Notes: a model not told the origin generated them from the sequence alone. 64,000 nucleotides of DNA from Patescibacteria group bacterium (GCA_035549295.1 DASZRG010000039.1:31-64030); one strand, 5' to 3'; counted from the first letter of the stretch, positions 9,114 through 19,231 are shown. Made by a program: numbers and translations.

Positions 9114-10892
9114 GTGAGCAAAGAGTTTAAAGAAATTCTGATTGGTATAAGAAGGGCGATTAGCCTTCTCAGTGCTAGAGAAAAACGGAGTCTGTATATC
9201 GCAACGGGTCTGATGCTTATTATTGGTATACTCACCAATCTTCCAGCAGTCATATTGGGAAAACTCGTCGACACTCTTACGGGCACGAAAACAATTGATT
9301 TTAGCTTAGTAACACCCTTTGTCACGTTTATTGTTGTCATTATTCTTATACGTGAGAGTCTAAACGTTGTAAGAAAGTACCTCATCGAAAATATAGCCAC
9401 GCAAATAGATAAAGAGCAGACAGTAGAACTTATTGGAAGATTACTAAAAACTGATATTCGAGGATTTCTACAAGATCAACAAATTGGCGCGCTGCATGGA
9501 AGAATTTTCCGTTCTATGCAGGGTCTCATCTGGATTATCAAACTTACTTTCAACGAATTTGCGCCAATCTTTTTTAGTGCTTTGGCGGCAATTGCTATTG
9601 CTCTTTATCAGAAACCTCTTATTGCAACAATTATGGTTTTGGTCATCCCTTCAGGACTTTACCTTATTGTGAAGCAAGTGTCATCTCAAAAGGGAATACG
9701 AGTTGCTTTACTTCGTGGTAAAGAAAAGGTGGATGGAAAAGTTGTAGAAATGCTTTCTGGAATAGAAACAATTCGCGTATTGGATACTGTGGACTATGAA
9801 ATGCAGAAGGTAGAAGTCATAACTGAGCAACAAAGAAAAATTGAAATACGACATCACATTTATATGGCTTTATTCGACGCGGCCAAATATCTCAATGAAG
9901 GGTTTTTTTATATCTTTGTTATTGTTCTTTCCATCTTTCTTGCATCAAAGGGAATTATTACCAAGGGAGATATTCTCGTGTACTCGATATTGTTCTTGAG
10001 TATTACTGGTCCACTCCGAGAGATACACCGCATTTTAGACCAAACACATGAAAACTCTATAAGAGTAAATGACCTGTATGGCATGCTTCACGAACCTATT
10101 GACGAGGCATACAAGAATGGTAGAGAAACCCAGAGCTTGGAAAATGTCTCAGAAATTGTAAGGACAAAAGACCTCTCTTTTTCTTATGGAAATGAAACTG
10201 GTGGCTTGCTAGATAAAATAAACATACATATTAAACAGGGGCAAAGTATTGGTATCGCAGGTGCTTCAGGTTGCGGTAAAACAACATTTATACATATCCT
10301 TCTAAAACTTATTCACGGATACAAAGGAGATGTATTACTTTTCGGAGAAGATCTACGTGATATTGGCAGAAATGAAATTGCTCAAAAGATCGCTTACGTA
10401 CCACAAAGTCCTTTTATTTTTTCTGGGACAATCAGGGAAAACATAACTTATGGAGTGCAACGAAATACAACAGAGGAAGATATAGTCCATGCCGCAAAAC
10501 AGGCACATATCTACGATGAAATACTAAAGAGCCTTGGTGGCTTAGAAGGAAAAGTCACTGAGGCGGGAGGTAATCTAAGTGGAGGACAAAGGCAGAGACT
10601 TGCCATTGCTCGCGTGATGCTTTCATCAGCAGAGCTTCTGATATTTGACGAAGCCACATCTGCTCTTGATAATACAAACGAAGCAATTATCCAAGAAAAT
10701 ATTGAAAAACAGTTTAAGGATAAAACTATTATTACTATTGCACACAGGCTGACGACTTTAAAAAACAGCGACAAAATATTAGTTTTCGATAGAGGAAAAG
10801 TCGCCCAAGAAGGAAGCTTTAAAGAATTATCAAGCAAAAAGGGTCTCTTTCAAGATTTCCTTCTACAGAAAGCAGAAAGAAACCAAAACTAA
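9114..10892 (+). CDS. ABC exporter, fused permease/ATPase
   Basis: N-terminal TM domain; Walker A GASGCGKT, LSGGQRQR, DEATSALD, IAHRL. Confidence 0.92.
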   Translation: MSKEFKEILIGIRRAISLLSAREKRSLYIATGLMLIIGILTNLPAVILGKLVDTLTGTKTIDFSLVTPFVTFIVVIILIRESLNVVRKYLIENIATQIDKEQTVELIGRLLKTDIRGFLQDQQIGALHGRIFRSMQGLIWIIKLTFNEFAPIFFSALAAIAIALYQKPLIATIMVLVIPSGLYLIVKQVSSQKGIRVALLRGKEKVDGKVVEMLSGIETIRVLDTVDYEMQKVEVITEQQRKIEIRHHIYMALFDAAKYLNEGFFYIFVIVLSIFLASKGIITKGDILVYSILFLSITGPLREIHRILDQTHENSIRVNDLYGMLHEPIDEAYKNGRETQSLENVSEIVRTKDLSFSYGNETGGLLDKINIHIKQGQSIGIAGASGCGKTTFIHILLKLIHGYKGDVLLFGEDLRDIGRNEIAQKIAYVPQSPFIFSGTIRENITYGVQRNTTEEDIVHAAKQAHIYDEILKSLGGLEGKVTEAGGNLSGGQRQRLAIARVMLSSAELLIFDEATSALDNTNEAIIQENIEKQFKDKTIITIAHRLTTLKNSDKILVFDRGKVAQEGSFKELSSKKGLFQDFLLQKAERNQN

Positions 10893-10934
10893 TATCTCCA
10901 AAACTTTATTTAAACACTTTGATATACTCAAAAT

Positions 10935-11780
10935 ATGGGTTGGCTTTATCTTACGCTTCTGAGCGTGGTTATTACTGCGTTTGCAAACATTCTTCAACGA
11001 GTGCTAATGAAGGATGACAAGAGCAATCCCTATTCATACGCTATTGCCTTCCATCTAGTTGTCACCGTTTTCTATTTTGCATTCTCTTCTATAAACGGGT
11101 TTTCTCTACCTGCTTTCAGCATCAAGTTTTTATTCATGCCACTTGCCTCAATGCTTTGGGGACTTGGAACGGTTTTTTTGTTTAGAGCCCTTAAATTGCT
11201 TGAGATATCAGAAGTTACCATAATTGGCTCGACGCGTACGTTAGTAACTATTGTTGGTTCTGTCCTTTTTCTAGGAGACACCTTTGGTTTCCAAAAAATC
11301 GTAGGTACGGCTATCATGTTCCTATCCGTCTTCCTAGCAACCAATCTCAAAAATGGTATTAAGTTCAATAAGGGCATCACGTATTCATTCGGGATGGCAA
11401 TTTGTTATGGTCTAGGACTAGTCTTTGATGCATTCAACATCAAATCATTTGATCCCATATCTTATCTTGCGATAGGAAATTTAATGATAAGTCTATTTTT
11501 ATTGCTGTTATTCCCACAAACAGTTAAGGCTTGGAAAGAATACGTCAACCCACCATTCCTTAAGAAAATGCTTCCGCTTGGGATCTTAAGCTCGACACAA
11601 GCCGTAGCATATTATTTTGCAATAAAATATGGACCAACATCCCAAATAGCATCCATTAACCTTTCACTCATTATTGTTACGGTATTACTTGCAGCCATTT
11701 TGCTAAAAGAAAGGGACAACCTTTTCAAAAAAATTATCGCTGCACTGTTAGTTACTCTTGGAATATTTCTTCTGAGATAA
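10935..11780 (+). CDS. EamA/DMT family transporter
   Basis: About 10 TM helices in two repeats ending LFLGD and ILLKE. Confidence 0.85.
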   Translation: MGWLYLTLLSVVITAFANILQRVLMKDDKSNPYSYAIAFHLVVTVFYFAFSSINGFSLPAFSIKFLFMPLASMLWGLGTVFLFRALKLLEISEVTIIGSTRTLVTIVGSVLFLGDTFGFQKIVGTAIMFLSVFLATNLKNGIKFNKGITYSFGMAICYGLGLVFDAFNIKSFDPISYLAIGNLMISLFLLLLFPQTVKAWKEYVNPPFLKKMLPLGILSSTQAVAYYFAIKYGPTSQIASINLSLIIVTVLLAAILLKERDNLFKKIIAALLVTLGIFLLR

Positions 11781-11789
11781 ACCTACGAA

Positions 11790-11820
11790 AAAGAGGCATC
11801 TCGATCCGAGATACCTCTTT
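11790..11820. terminator. Bidirectional intrinsic terminator between convergent genes
   Basis: AAAGAGGCATCTCG-ATC-CGAGATACCTCTTT hairpin. Confidence 0.75.
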
Positions 11821-11840
11821 ACACAGTAATTTTTTTAAAA

Positions 11841-12167
11841 TTACATTGGTAATGCTTCGTAGACGCGGACTGCGCCTGTGTTTTCTTGAGCTAAAGGACA
11901 ACCTTTCGCAATTTCAACTGCATCATCCATGCTATTCGCGTTGATGATGGTATAACCTGTTGCAGGTGTCATTTCAGCTGAAACTGTCTCGACGCCCTTT
12001 GAAGTCACAGACTTTCCGCTTGGCGCAAATGGATTTCCGCCATCGACCATTTTGTCGTGGAATGTTCCAAACCATGCCATCCACTTGTCTTTTGAGGCTG
12101 CCATGACTTCTGAGCTAGCATTAGCATCAACATCGCTCCCATGATATACAAATACAAATTTCTTCAT
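11841..12167 (-). CDS. YCII-related domain protein
   Basis: W.AWF...VDGGNPF, TGYTIINA.SMDDAVEIAKGCP; ATG at 12167 chosen because AGGAGGTG lies just upstream. Confidence 0.8.
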   Translation of the reverse strand: MKKFVFVYHGSDVDANASSEVMAASKDKWMAWFGTFHDKMVDGGNPFAPSGKSVTSKGVETVSAEMTPATGYTIINANSMDDAVEIAKGCPLAQENTGAVRVYEALPM

Positions 12168-12189
12168 CTTTTTATTCACCTCCTTTCGT

Positions 12190-12359
12190 TAGAATTTGTT
12201 TACGAACTTGTGAGTAATTACAAATTCTTACGTCCGCCAAAGCGAAGTTTCGACTGCATGGATGTAACCCATGAGGCGAACCTGAGCGACGGCGGAACAC
12301 TTTCATTTTTCTTAAGCCTCGCCACGGTCCCATTTGACGGGATGAAGGCGGTCACTTAA
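12190..12359 (-). ncRNA. Candidate structured intergenic RNA / leader with three hairpins
   Basis: Stems GCCT/AGGC with TCCC/GGGA; TCCGCC/GGCGGA with CATGG/CCATG; AGAATTTGT/ACAAATTCT with TTAC/GTAA. Confidence 0.4.
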
Positions 12360-12713
12360 TCACTTCCCATTTTTCTTCGAACTCTTTAGAAACGTTGTGT
12401 AATTTTCGAGCGTTGCATTGTTACCGCCCCAATACGTGTGGTACTGAGCAAGCCAATCTTGCAATATGTGAAGGGTTATTTTGTTGAGTGTCAAAAAATG
12501 AGTTCTACCAATCTTTTTGTCTTGTACCAAGTTCGCAGTTTTTAGTATTCGGATATGCTTGTGGATGGCCTGAAGTGATAAATCTCGCATTGATGCAAGC
12601 TGGTGAACTGAATAGGGCTGAAGCCCGAGGACATAAACAATGTCTCGCCTATGCTCGTTTGCAAGAGCTTCAAAAATAAGATTTAGTTCGTTTGGAATAT
12701 GTTGGTCTGGCAT
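12360..12713 (-). CDS. ArsR/SmtB family transcriptional regulator
   Basis: FEALANEHRRDI, SLQAIHKHIRIL, KIGR, W...Y...W tail. Confidence 0.88.
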   Translation of the reverse strand: MPDQHIPNELNLIFEALANEHRRDIVYVLGLQPYSVHQLASMRDLSLQAIHKHIRILKTANLVQDKKIGRTHFLTLNKITLHILQDWLAQYHTYWGGNNATLENYTTFLKSSKKNGK

Positions 12714-12738
12714 AAACTTAACTCAGAAGTTAAGTTTA
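12713..12738. promoter_or_regulatory. Palindromic operator directly upstream of the ArsR gene (probable autoregulatory site)
   Basis: Perfect 11-4-11 inverted repeat TAAACTTAACT-CAGA-AGTTAAGTTTA. Confidence 0.7.
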
Positions 12739-12827
12739 CAACCAAAAAATATTTCTGTCAATCTTTGGAATTTATTGTTCAACTGACTCACAGTCCCACA
12801 GCGTTACGTTTCACTGAATTAGGAGAT

Positions 12828-15800
12828 CTATTTCTTCTCTGTCGTAGGAGTTACCACTGGAGTTTCTGTGGACGCCATTGTTGGCGTCGCCGCGGGTGTC
12901 GGGGCTTGGGCCTGTCCTGATATTGTCGGGGTCGGTATTGAAGTCGGAGCTAAGGTCGGAGTTGGCGTAATTTTTTGTGTTGGAGTTGGAGTTGAAGTCG
13001 GTGACTGTGTCGGTGTATTAACCACGCTTTGAGACATCGCTGGTGCTTGGGAAGGAATTGGCGTCGCAACAGGTGTTGTTGCGGGAAGCAACAAGCCTTG
13101 ATCAGAACACCACGTAATTTTTCCAGCAGAAATTGTTATATCATTCTGCCAAGAAGCTGTTTGCCCCTCTGTGTTAGAGTTTTTTATTGACGCCCCAGTT
13201 GTCGTACTTCCAGTACCACAATCTGTTTGCTTCCATCCCCCTGTCAGACCATTTTCATAAACAAGTATCCCATAATTACCTGCAGGAATTTGGTCAAAGA
13301 AAACCCACCCATCATCTGTACCGACAGTTTTTGAGGTAGCTGTCTGAATAACAGTATTTCCTGTAGTGTCTGTTAGTTTTGCCGTTGCACCATTTACATA
13401 TTTACCATCTGGCGAACCATTGCTCCCAATTTCTCGGACTCTAAAATGGATTCCACCTGCTGCTTGTGTATTTGGATTTTTGAGACCTACATCAGAACAC
13501 CACAAGATGTCGCCGCCAGGAATATGCAAATTTGATTGCCAAGCTGCTGTTTGATTTTCAGTGTTGTCGTTTTGTATGGTAACTGAATTCGTAGTGCCAC
13601 TATTGTTGCAGTCTGTTTGTCGCCAATATCCTGTGTACCCTTTTAAGTAAGTTGCGGCTCCATAGTATCCAGCCTGCACATTATCAAAGAATACCCAGCC
13701 ATCCTCACCATTCACTGTTTTTGAAGTTGTTGTTTGAAGCACGGTGTTTCCAGTTGTATCAGTCAGCTTCGCCGTTGCACCATTTATATATTTCCCAGTC
13801 CAATTTCCCGAACTATCAAATTCCTTTACTCGATAGTGAACTCCCCCATTACCGTGGAATCCAAGGTCGTAGCAATAATTTGTAACTCCTGCAACAATAA
13901 CTACACTATTATTCCATGCAGCCTTATTGTTCTCAGTTTGTGAATTTTGAATAGAGGCATTTGGGTCTGATGCTCCTGCACAGCTTGTCATTTTCCAAAA
14001 TCCTTCAAATCCCGCCTTGTACGCCATAAGGCCATAATTTCCAGCTGGAATATTTTGGAAAAAGGCCCATCCATCTTGACCATTGGATGCTTGAGTTGTT
14101 GTGCTTTGGATGACAGTAGAGCCTGTTGGATCGGTGAGCTTAACCGTCGCACCGTTCACATGATCTGTTGCAAGATACGATTTTGGAACATTTGGATCAT
14201 TCTCTATTAGATCTACTCTCATCGCCAAATTTCCAGATGTAACCGTTTGCAACCCCTCATCAGAACACCACGTTATTTGATTTGGCATAACTTTCAAATT
14301 ATTCTGCCAAGCAGCCGTGAAATTGTTCGTATTTTGATTTTTAATATTTGCGCTTTGCGTAGTGCCTGCGCCGTCACAAGTTGTTTGTTTCCAAGCGCCT
14401 ATCGAATTCCCTTTGTAAGTAAGTGCTCCATATTGGCCGGATGGTACATTGTCAAAAAATACCCAACCATCTTGCCCATTTACTGTTTTTGAGGTTGTTG
14501 TTTGAAATGCAACAGTACCGGTAGTATCAGTCAAAACCGCCGTAGCATCGTTAACAAACTTTCCAGTTGGATTACCATTTTTGTCTATATCCCGAACTCT
14601 AAAATGTATGCTTCCATTGCCAGTTGGCGTTTCGGTGAAACTAACAAGATATGCAGAGCTTGTCGCAGGAGTTGTGAAGTTATGAGACTGAGCGAGTTTG
14701 TCAGACCACGCGTTAAAGTTATAGTTAAAACCGTTCAGCGTTTGAAGGTTTGGAGTATCAAGACCGTGTATAAAACCTACAACACTTTCTACATTATACG
14801 GAGTGCTATGCGGGATACCATCTAGCATAAAAGTAAGACCGCTTACCGGGTAGCTATCAAACGTAAGATTAACCGTGTTCGGAGAAATAATCCTACTTGT
14901 GGTTGCTGATAGACCTGACGAGTCAACTACAGTTAGTATTATTTCATAACTTGTCTCGGCTGATGGCTCGCCAGTATTCGGAATTACAAAAGTTCCATTT
15001 TTAACTCCCTGTATTTGGTCTATGAATGGATGAATATGTGTTTGATGATGAAAAATAACACTCCAGGTGAAATCACTTGCTGGTAGGTCTCCGTCTTGCG
15101 CGTCGTTTGCTTCTCCGGAAAACGATATTGTATCTCCAGCGTTATAATGTGTCCCGTCAATCGGTGTGTCTATCTTTGGCACAGGAAGAGTCTTGCCGAC
15201 TGTTATTTTAGTGCTAGCGTTTGTCTTGCCTTTTGCATTACTAACCGTGAGTACAACTGTATATGTTCCATTGTTTTGATAAGTATGGGTAGGATTGGCT
15301 GATGTTAACTTTGAACCATCTCCAAAATCCCAGGAATAGGTAAGATTTCCACCTAGAGGATCGCTTGATCCTGCACTCGAAAAGGTTACTTTCAAAGGAG
15401 CAAGTCCGGCAATAGGATTTGCCGTAATTGCCGCAACGGGGGGAAGATTTGTTGCATTGTAAGTAATTTTGTACATTGATCCGGTATTTGAGCTAAAAGT
15501 CGAGTCAGCAACAGTTACGAAATACATGTTGCCATCTGGCCCATTCATCAAATCAACAACCTCACCAGCAGCATCATCAAAAGCATTGTCAGAAATAAAA
15601 TCTCCCTCAGAGTCAATTTTTAGGTATCTTATAAACCCCTTTGCGTAATCTCCATAAAAATAAACGCCTTGCATACTAGATCCAAGACTAGTCGACGAGT
15701 TAACATATCCACCGACAACTGCTGCCGATCCACCGTTATGCTGATAAGTAAAGAGAGGATCTATATATTTTCCGTTCGGAGGCGTACACGGACCCTCACA

Positions 15801-16556
15801 ATCAGGCCATCCGTAGTCTCCGCCTTTTTGAATTATATTAACCTCCTCAGTCGTCGCCTCACCGACGTCTCCAACAATTGGTCTACCATCAGGCAAAAAG
15901 TTAAATCTAAAAGGATTTCGAAATCCATATGCCCAAATACTTGCCTGTCCACCAGCAAGGCCGTAGAATGGATTGTCAGTTGGTATAGACCCATCAGAGT
16001 TAATCCTCAAAAGCTTTCCCTGTATATTTGATAAATCTTGTGAATTGGCGTTATTCGCGTTATTTCCAACTGATACCCAAAGCTTTCCATCCGGACCAAA
16101 GCGAAGTGTCCCTGATATATGATAAGTATTTAGTGTCTGAGTCGACTTTAGAAGAATCTTCTCGCTTCCAGCATTTATCGTATCCCCTGTTACAGTAAAC
16201 CTTGAAACTCTAAATTCATTAGGGGAAGCATTTACATATGCGAGGTAGACATAGTTGTTTGACGCAAACGATGGATCAAAAGCTATACCAAGCAGCCCAT
16301 GTTCTCCATTAGCATCAACGGGAAGTGTTATAGCCGGTGTTGCAGCAAGCGTTCCATTTTTATATATTTTGACCTCACCTGTCTTTTGAAGAATAAATAT
16401 CCGCCCATCAGGCGACTGACCCAATGCGTCTGGAAAGTTAAGACCTGAGACTACAGTGCTTTTTTGAAAACCTGTAGGTAATGCCGCCTGTACCTTTGGT
16501 ACAAAAAGCAATGACAAAAAAACTAAATATACTAGTACAAATAACTTCTTGAACAT
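12828..16556 (-). CDS. Secreted PQQ-dependent sugar dehydrogenase-like (GSDH) beta-propeller + PKD + four ~128-aa repeats + Pro/Thr tail
   Basis: Signal peptide; GEHGLLGIAFDP, FGPDGKL, GFRNPFR, DVG...EEVN; PKD YSWDFGDG...HTY. Confidence 0.85.
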   Translation of the reverse strand: MFKKLFVLVYLVFLSLLFVPKVQAALPTGFQKSTVVSGLNFPDALGQSPDGRIFILQKTGEVKIYKNGTLAATPAITLPVDANGEHGLLGIAFDPSFASNNYVYLAYVNASPNEFRVSRFTVTGDTINAGSEKILLKSTQTLNTYHISGTLRFGPDGKLWVSVGNNANNANSQDLSNIQGKLLRINSDGSIPTDNPFYGLAGGQASIWAYGFRNPFRFNFLPDGRPIVGDVGEATTEEVNIIQKGGDYGWPDCEGPCTPPNGKYIDPLFTYQHNGGSAAVVGGYVNSSTSLGSSMQGVYFYGDYAKGFIRYLKIDSEGDFISDNAFDDAAGEVVDLMNGPDGNMYFVTVADSTFSSNTGSMYKITYNATNLPPVAAITANPIAGLAPLKVTFSSAGSSDPLGGNLTYSWDFGDGSKLTSANPTHTYQNNGTYTVVLTVSNAKGKTNASTKITVGKTLPVPKIDTPIDGTHYNAGDTISFSGEANDAQDGDLPASDFTWSVIFHHQTHIHPFIDQIQGVKNGTFVIPNTGEPSAETSYEIILTVVDSSGLSATTSRIISPNTVNLTFDSYPVSGLTFMLDGIPHSTPYNVESVVGFIHGLDTPNLQTLNGFNYNFNAWSDKLAQSHNFTTPATSSAYLVSFTETPTGNGSIHFRVRDIDKNGNPTGKFVNDATAVLTDTTGTVAFQTTTSKTVNGQDGWVFFDNVPSGQYGALTYKGNSIGAWKQTTCDGAGTTQSANIKNQNTNNFTAAWQNNLKVMPNQITWCSDEGLQTVTSGNLAMRVDLIENDPNVPKSYLATDHVNGATVKLTDPTGSTVIQSTTTQASNGQDGWAFFQNIPAGNYGLMAYKAGFEGFWKMTSCAGASDPNASIQNSQTENNKAAWNNSVVIVAGVTNYCYDLGFHGNGGVHYRVKEFDSSGNWTGKYINGATAKLTDTTGNTVLQTTTSKTVNGEDGWVFFDNVQAGYYGAATYLKGYTGYWRQTDCNNSGTTNSVTIQNDNTENQTAAWQSNLHIPGGDILWCSDVGLKNPNTQAAGGIHFRVREIGSNGSPDGKYVNGATAKLTDTTGNTVIQTATSKTVGTDDGWVFFDQIPAGNYGILVYENGLTGGWKQTDCGTGSTTTGASIKNSNTEGQTASWQNDITISAGKITWCSDQGLLLPATTPVATPIPSQAPAMSQSVVNTPTQSPTSTPTPTQKITPTPTLAPTSIPTPTISGQAQAPTPAATPTMASTETPVVTPTTEKK

Positions 16557-16646
16557 GAAACCACATTATATTATAGGTTTATACATTTTACAACAATCCG
16601 ATGTATACTCAGCTAAAATTAAGGTATATGGTAGAACTATAGGGGA

Positions 16647-17180
16647 TTAAATACTGACTGGCTTTCCAACTGCAACAAACCTCTGCGTATCAAGAAATCC
16701 CGTACAAGTGTATATAGTAATTCTTGCATCCCCTGTCGAGTCCAGAATACTGGTATTACTAGGTGCAACAACCGTCGTATAGACAATTTTAAATGTCTTT
16801 TTAGCACCATTCGTATAGGTAATATCGACCAAATCGCCAGGCTTAACGCCCGTAAGCGGTCCTAAAAGACTTGTCCAATTATGACCGTAAAGCACACTAT
16901 TTCCAAGCATTCCTGGAATAGGTGAGCTAATAAGATATGATACGCCACTTGTTGTTGCCTGCCATGAATTGTTCTGTATTTGAGCAGGATATATCGGAAG
17001 ATTGATTTTGACTTTCTTTATGACTATCTGGCGTGGAAGCGTACCTGTCGATACGCTAGGCGTCTCCAAAACATTTTCAAAAGACAGATTTTGGGGACTA
17101 TATCGCTGAACCATCAAAAAACTGCCGAATGCAATAAGTAGGATTCCTATAAATAATGAGGTTTTCGCGAAAAAGCGCAT
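16647..17180 (-). CDS. Sortase (class E/D-like)
   Basis: N-terminal TM; catalytic triad YGHN, TIYTC, QR; AAAGGAG upstream of ATG 17180. Confidence 0.88.
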   Translation of the reverse strand: MRFFAKTSLFIGILLIAFGSFLMVQRYSPQNLSFENVLETPSVSTGTLPRQIVIKKVKINLPIYPAQIQNNSWQATTSGVSYLISSPIPGMLGNSVLYGHNWTSLLGPLTGVKPGDLVDITYTNGAKKTFKIVYTTVVAPSNTSILDSTGDARITIYTCTGFLDTQRFVAVGKPVSI

Positions 17181-17190
17181 AAGTGCTCCT

Positions 17191-17823
17191 TTACTTGTTT
17201 TCGCGGGATTTAAGAAGACCAATTACTACAAAGAGTATACCCGCTCCAAAAATAGAAGCTATGAACTGCAGATTACCTGTGTTAGCAAGTCCAAATGCAG
17301 ACGCACCTAGAACCGCGTTGTCTGATCGGCCATCTGAGCGACCGTCTGAACGACCATCAGAAAGGCCATCTCCTGGACCGCCAGGGTTGCCGCCCCCTAC
17401 TTGTGGGTCTCCACATGTAAAATTGGCATTTTGGGCCAAATATGGCTCAGGTTCAAGACCCCATGCAGATCCATCTGGAACATATATCCAACCTTGACTT
17501 GTCATGACCTGAATTTGAGCAGGATCCATATTGCCGACTTTTTGCCAGTTTGTCTGAATACCTGCTCCATTGTCTGCACAGAAACATTGCATTAGATTGC
17601 CATCTGAGAGTGTATAAACAGTATCTTTTCCTGTGTGAGTCGCAGAATCTCCTACGATACCGTGAGTACCCGAATCGAAATTCTCTTTTACAGTTCCTTG
17701 AGGATTAACACAATTAGGGAAGTCAGCGTTCGTCGCAGCTGAGGCATGGCTTACTGCGCTTATCAATAAAGCTATATTTAGAAGTCCAATTTTTATACCG
17801 TTTTTAATATTCATATTAGGCAC
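17191..17823 (-). CDS. Secreted protein with LANTG sorting signal (putative sortase substrate)
   Basis: Signal peptide (ASA), 4 Cys, Gly/SDGR-repeat linker, LANTG + TM helix + KSRENK tail. Confidence 0.8.
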   Translation of the reverse strand: MPNMNIKNGIKIGLLNIALLISAVSHASAATNADFPNCVNPQGTVKENFDSGTHGIVGDSATHTGKDTVYTLSDGNLMQCFCADNGAGIQTNWQKVGNMDPAQIQVMTSQGWIYVPDGSAWGLEPEPYLAQNANFTCGDPQVGGGNPGGPGDGLSDGRSDGRSDGRSDNAVLGASAFGLANTGNLQFIASIFGAGILFVVIGLLKSRENK

Positions 17824-17899
17824 AAAAATGTGTAAGAGTAGTATTATAATATATTATTATAGGTTTGTCAATAGGCATGCCGATACCTAGACTTTAGGT

Positions 17900-19150
17900 T
17901 TATTTTATGCCTAAGAAGAATTTACGGAGCTTAAATATAATATCCTCTTTTTCGCGTTTAAGGGTGATCGTCTGCTTACCGGATGGTTTGACTGAAATAG
18001 TCGTTCCGAAGTAGTTATCAGCCTCAACACGTGCACTCTCAGAGACTCCCACTATAGGTACTGTAAACATACCATTTTTATCAGTAAAGTATGTTTTATC
18101 GCCAATTATTATATATGCATTTGAAATACCATCTCCTAACTCATCAGAAATAACGCCACTCGCATTCTCAGGATTATAGGCTGTTTTGATAACTTCGGAA
18201 ACAGATCTTGCAGTTCCATTATCATTCCAGATAGATGTCGTACTGCCAATATTTGTCCAGTAGTTAACTCCAATAAGCTCTGGAGTACTTATTAGCTTTG
18301 AAAAAGCATCTGCGACCCACTGTTTTTGCTGTTCATCAGTCATATCTCCATTTATGTCCGGTATTGGTGCACCAAATTCACCCAAAACTATGCTCCCACC
18401 TGATTCTGCAGAAATGGCCTTTATATCTGACGTTAACTTTTCGGGAGTCGAAACGTAATGGTCAATAGTTACTACTCCATCCATTGCGGCTGTTGTCGCA
18501 TGATCCATAACAGCTCGAGCAACATCCCCGTTCATCGAGTCATAATTTGAAGCCACATTTTTGCCTATTGAGTGAAACGCTGACTTCGTAACCTTATATT
18601 CATCGATCATAAACTGTCGAAAACCATCAATGTCTCCTGTTTGTCTTGGGTCACCCGGTCCTCCATTCTCACACTCAGGACATGCAGTAAATATGTCTCC
18701 ATTTTCAAAAATGTCAGGGTGTTTGAGTATGAAGCTTTTCGTCATACTCATATGCTGTTCTCGAGTAATTTTGCTGTAGTTAAACCACCCTTCCCACCCC
18801 GAAAAATTACCTCTAAACCAAACATTTAAGTGGTATTTTCGCGCAGCAGCAACCCAATGCTCGAGCATGGGATAAAACTCCTCGTCATATGGCGTCGCAA
18901 TCGCGACATGTGTCGCGCCTAGATCTGCAATATTTTTAACCTGAGCATCAATTGTCGCCATAAAAGCTGGGTCGTTTAGCTTTTCGCGCGAAAGGTCACG
19001 AGAAAACTTCATCGTATCAATCGACTGGAATCTCCACCAACGCGTCACTGGACTGGAGGAAGCCCTATGACTCGTAAATAGTACAATTAAAAATATGATT
19101 GGAACGATAATAAGTAATTTACTTTTCATTTTTCTGAGTGTTTTCTTCAT
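17900..19150 (-). CDS. Secreted/anchored glycoside hydrolase-like TIM barrel (clan GH-A-like) with C-terminal carboxypeptidase-regulatory-like domain
   Basis: N-terminal TM; IDTMK, CPECENG, LGEFG, GVNYW; C-terminal G.ISDE.G.GISNA...TDKNGMF. Confidence 0.6.
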   Translation of the reverse strand: MKKTLRKMKSKLLIIVPIIFLIVLFTSHRASSSPVTRWWRFQSIDTMKFSRDLSREKLNDPAFMATIDAQVKNIADLGATHVAIATPYDEEFYPMLEHWVAAARKYHLNVWFRGNFSGWEGWFNYSKITREQHMSMTKSFILKHPDIFENGDIFTACPECENGGPGDPRQTGDIDGFRQFMIDEYKVTKSAFHSIGKNVASNYDSMNGDVARAVMDHATTAAMDGVVTIDHYVSTPEKLTSDIKAISAESGGSIVLGEFGAPIPDINGDMTDEQQKQWVADAFSKLISTPELIGVNYWTNIGSTTSIWNDNGTARSVSEVIKTAYNPENASGVISDELGDGISNAYIIIGDKTYFTDKNGMFTVPIVGVSESARVEADNYFGTTISVKPSGKQTITLKREKEDIIFKLRKFFLGIK

Positions 19151-19160
19151 ACTCTATAAA

Positions 19161-19228
19161 TTAGTTTTTAGCGTTTAGCGTTTGGCACTTATTTAAAGCT
19201 ACCAACCCCCAAGAGCTAACAGCTAACT
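19161..19228. repeat. 7-nt-period ladder hairpin element, copy A
   Basis: TTAGTTT TTAGCGT TTAGCGT TTGGCAC ... CCAACCC CCAAGAG CTAACAG CTAAC. Confidence 0.7.
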
Positions 19229-19231
19229 CCA

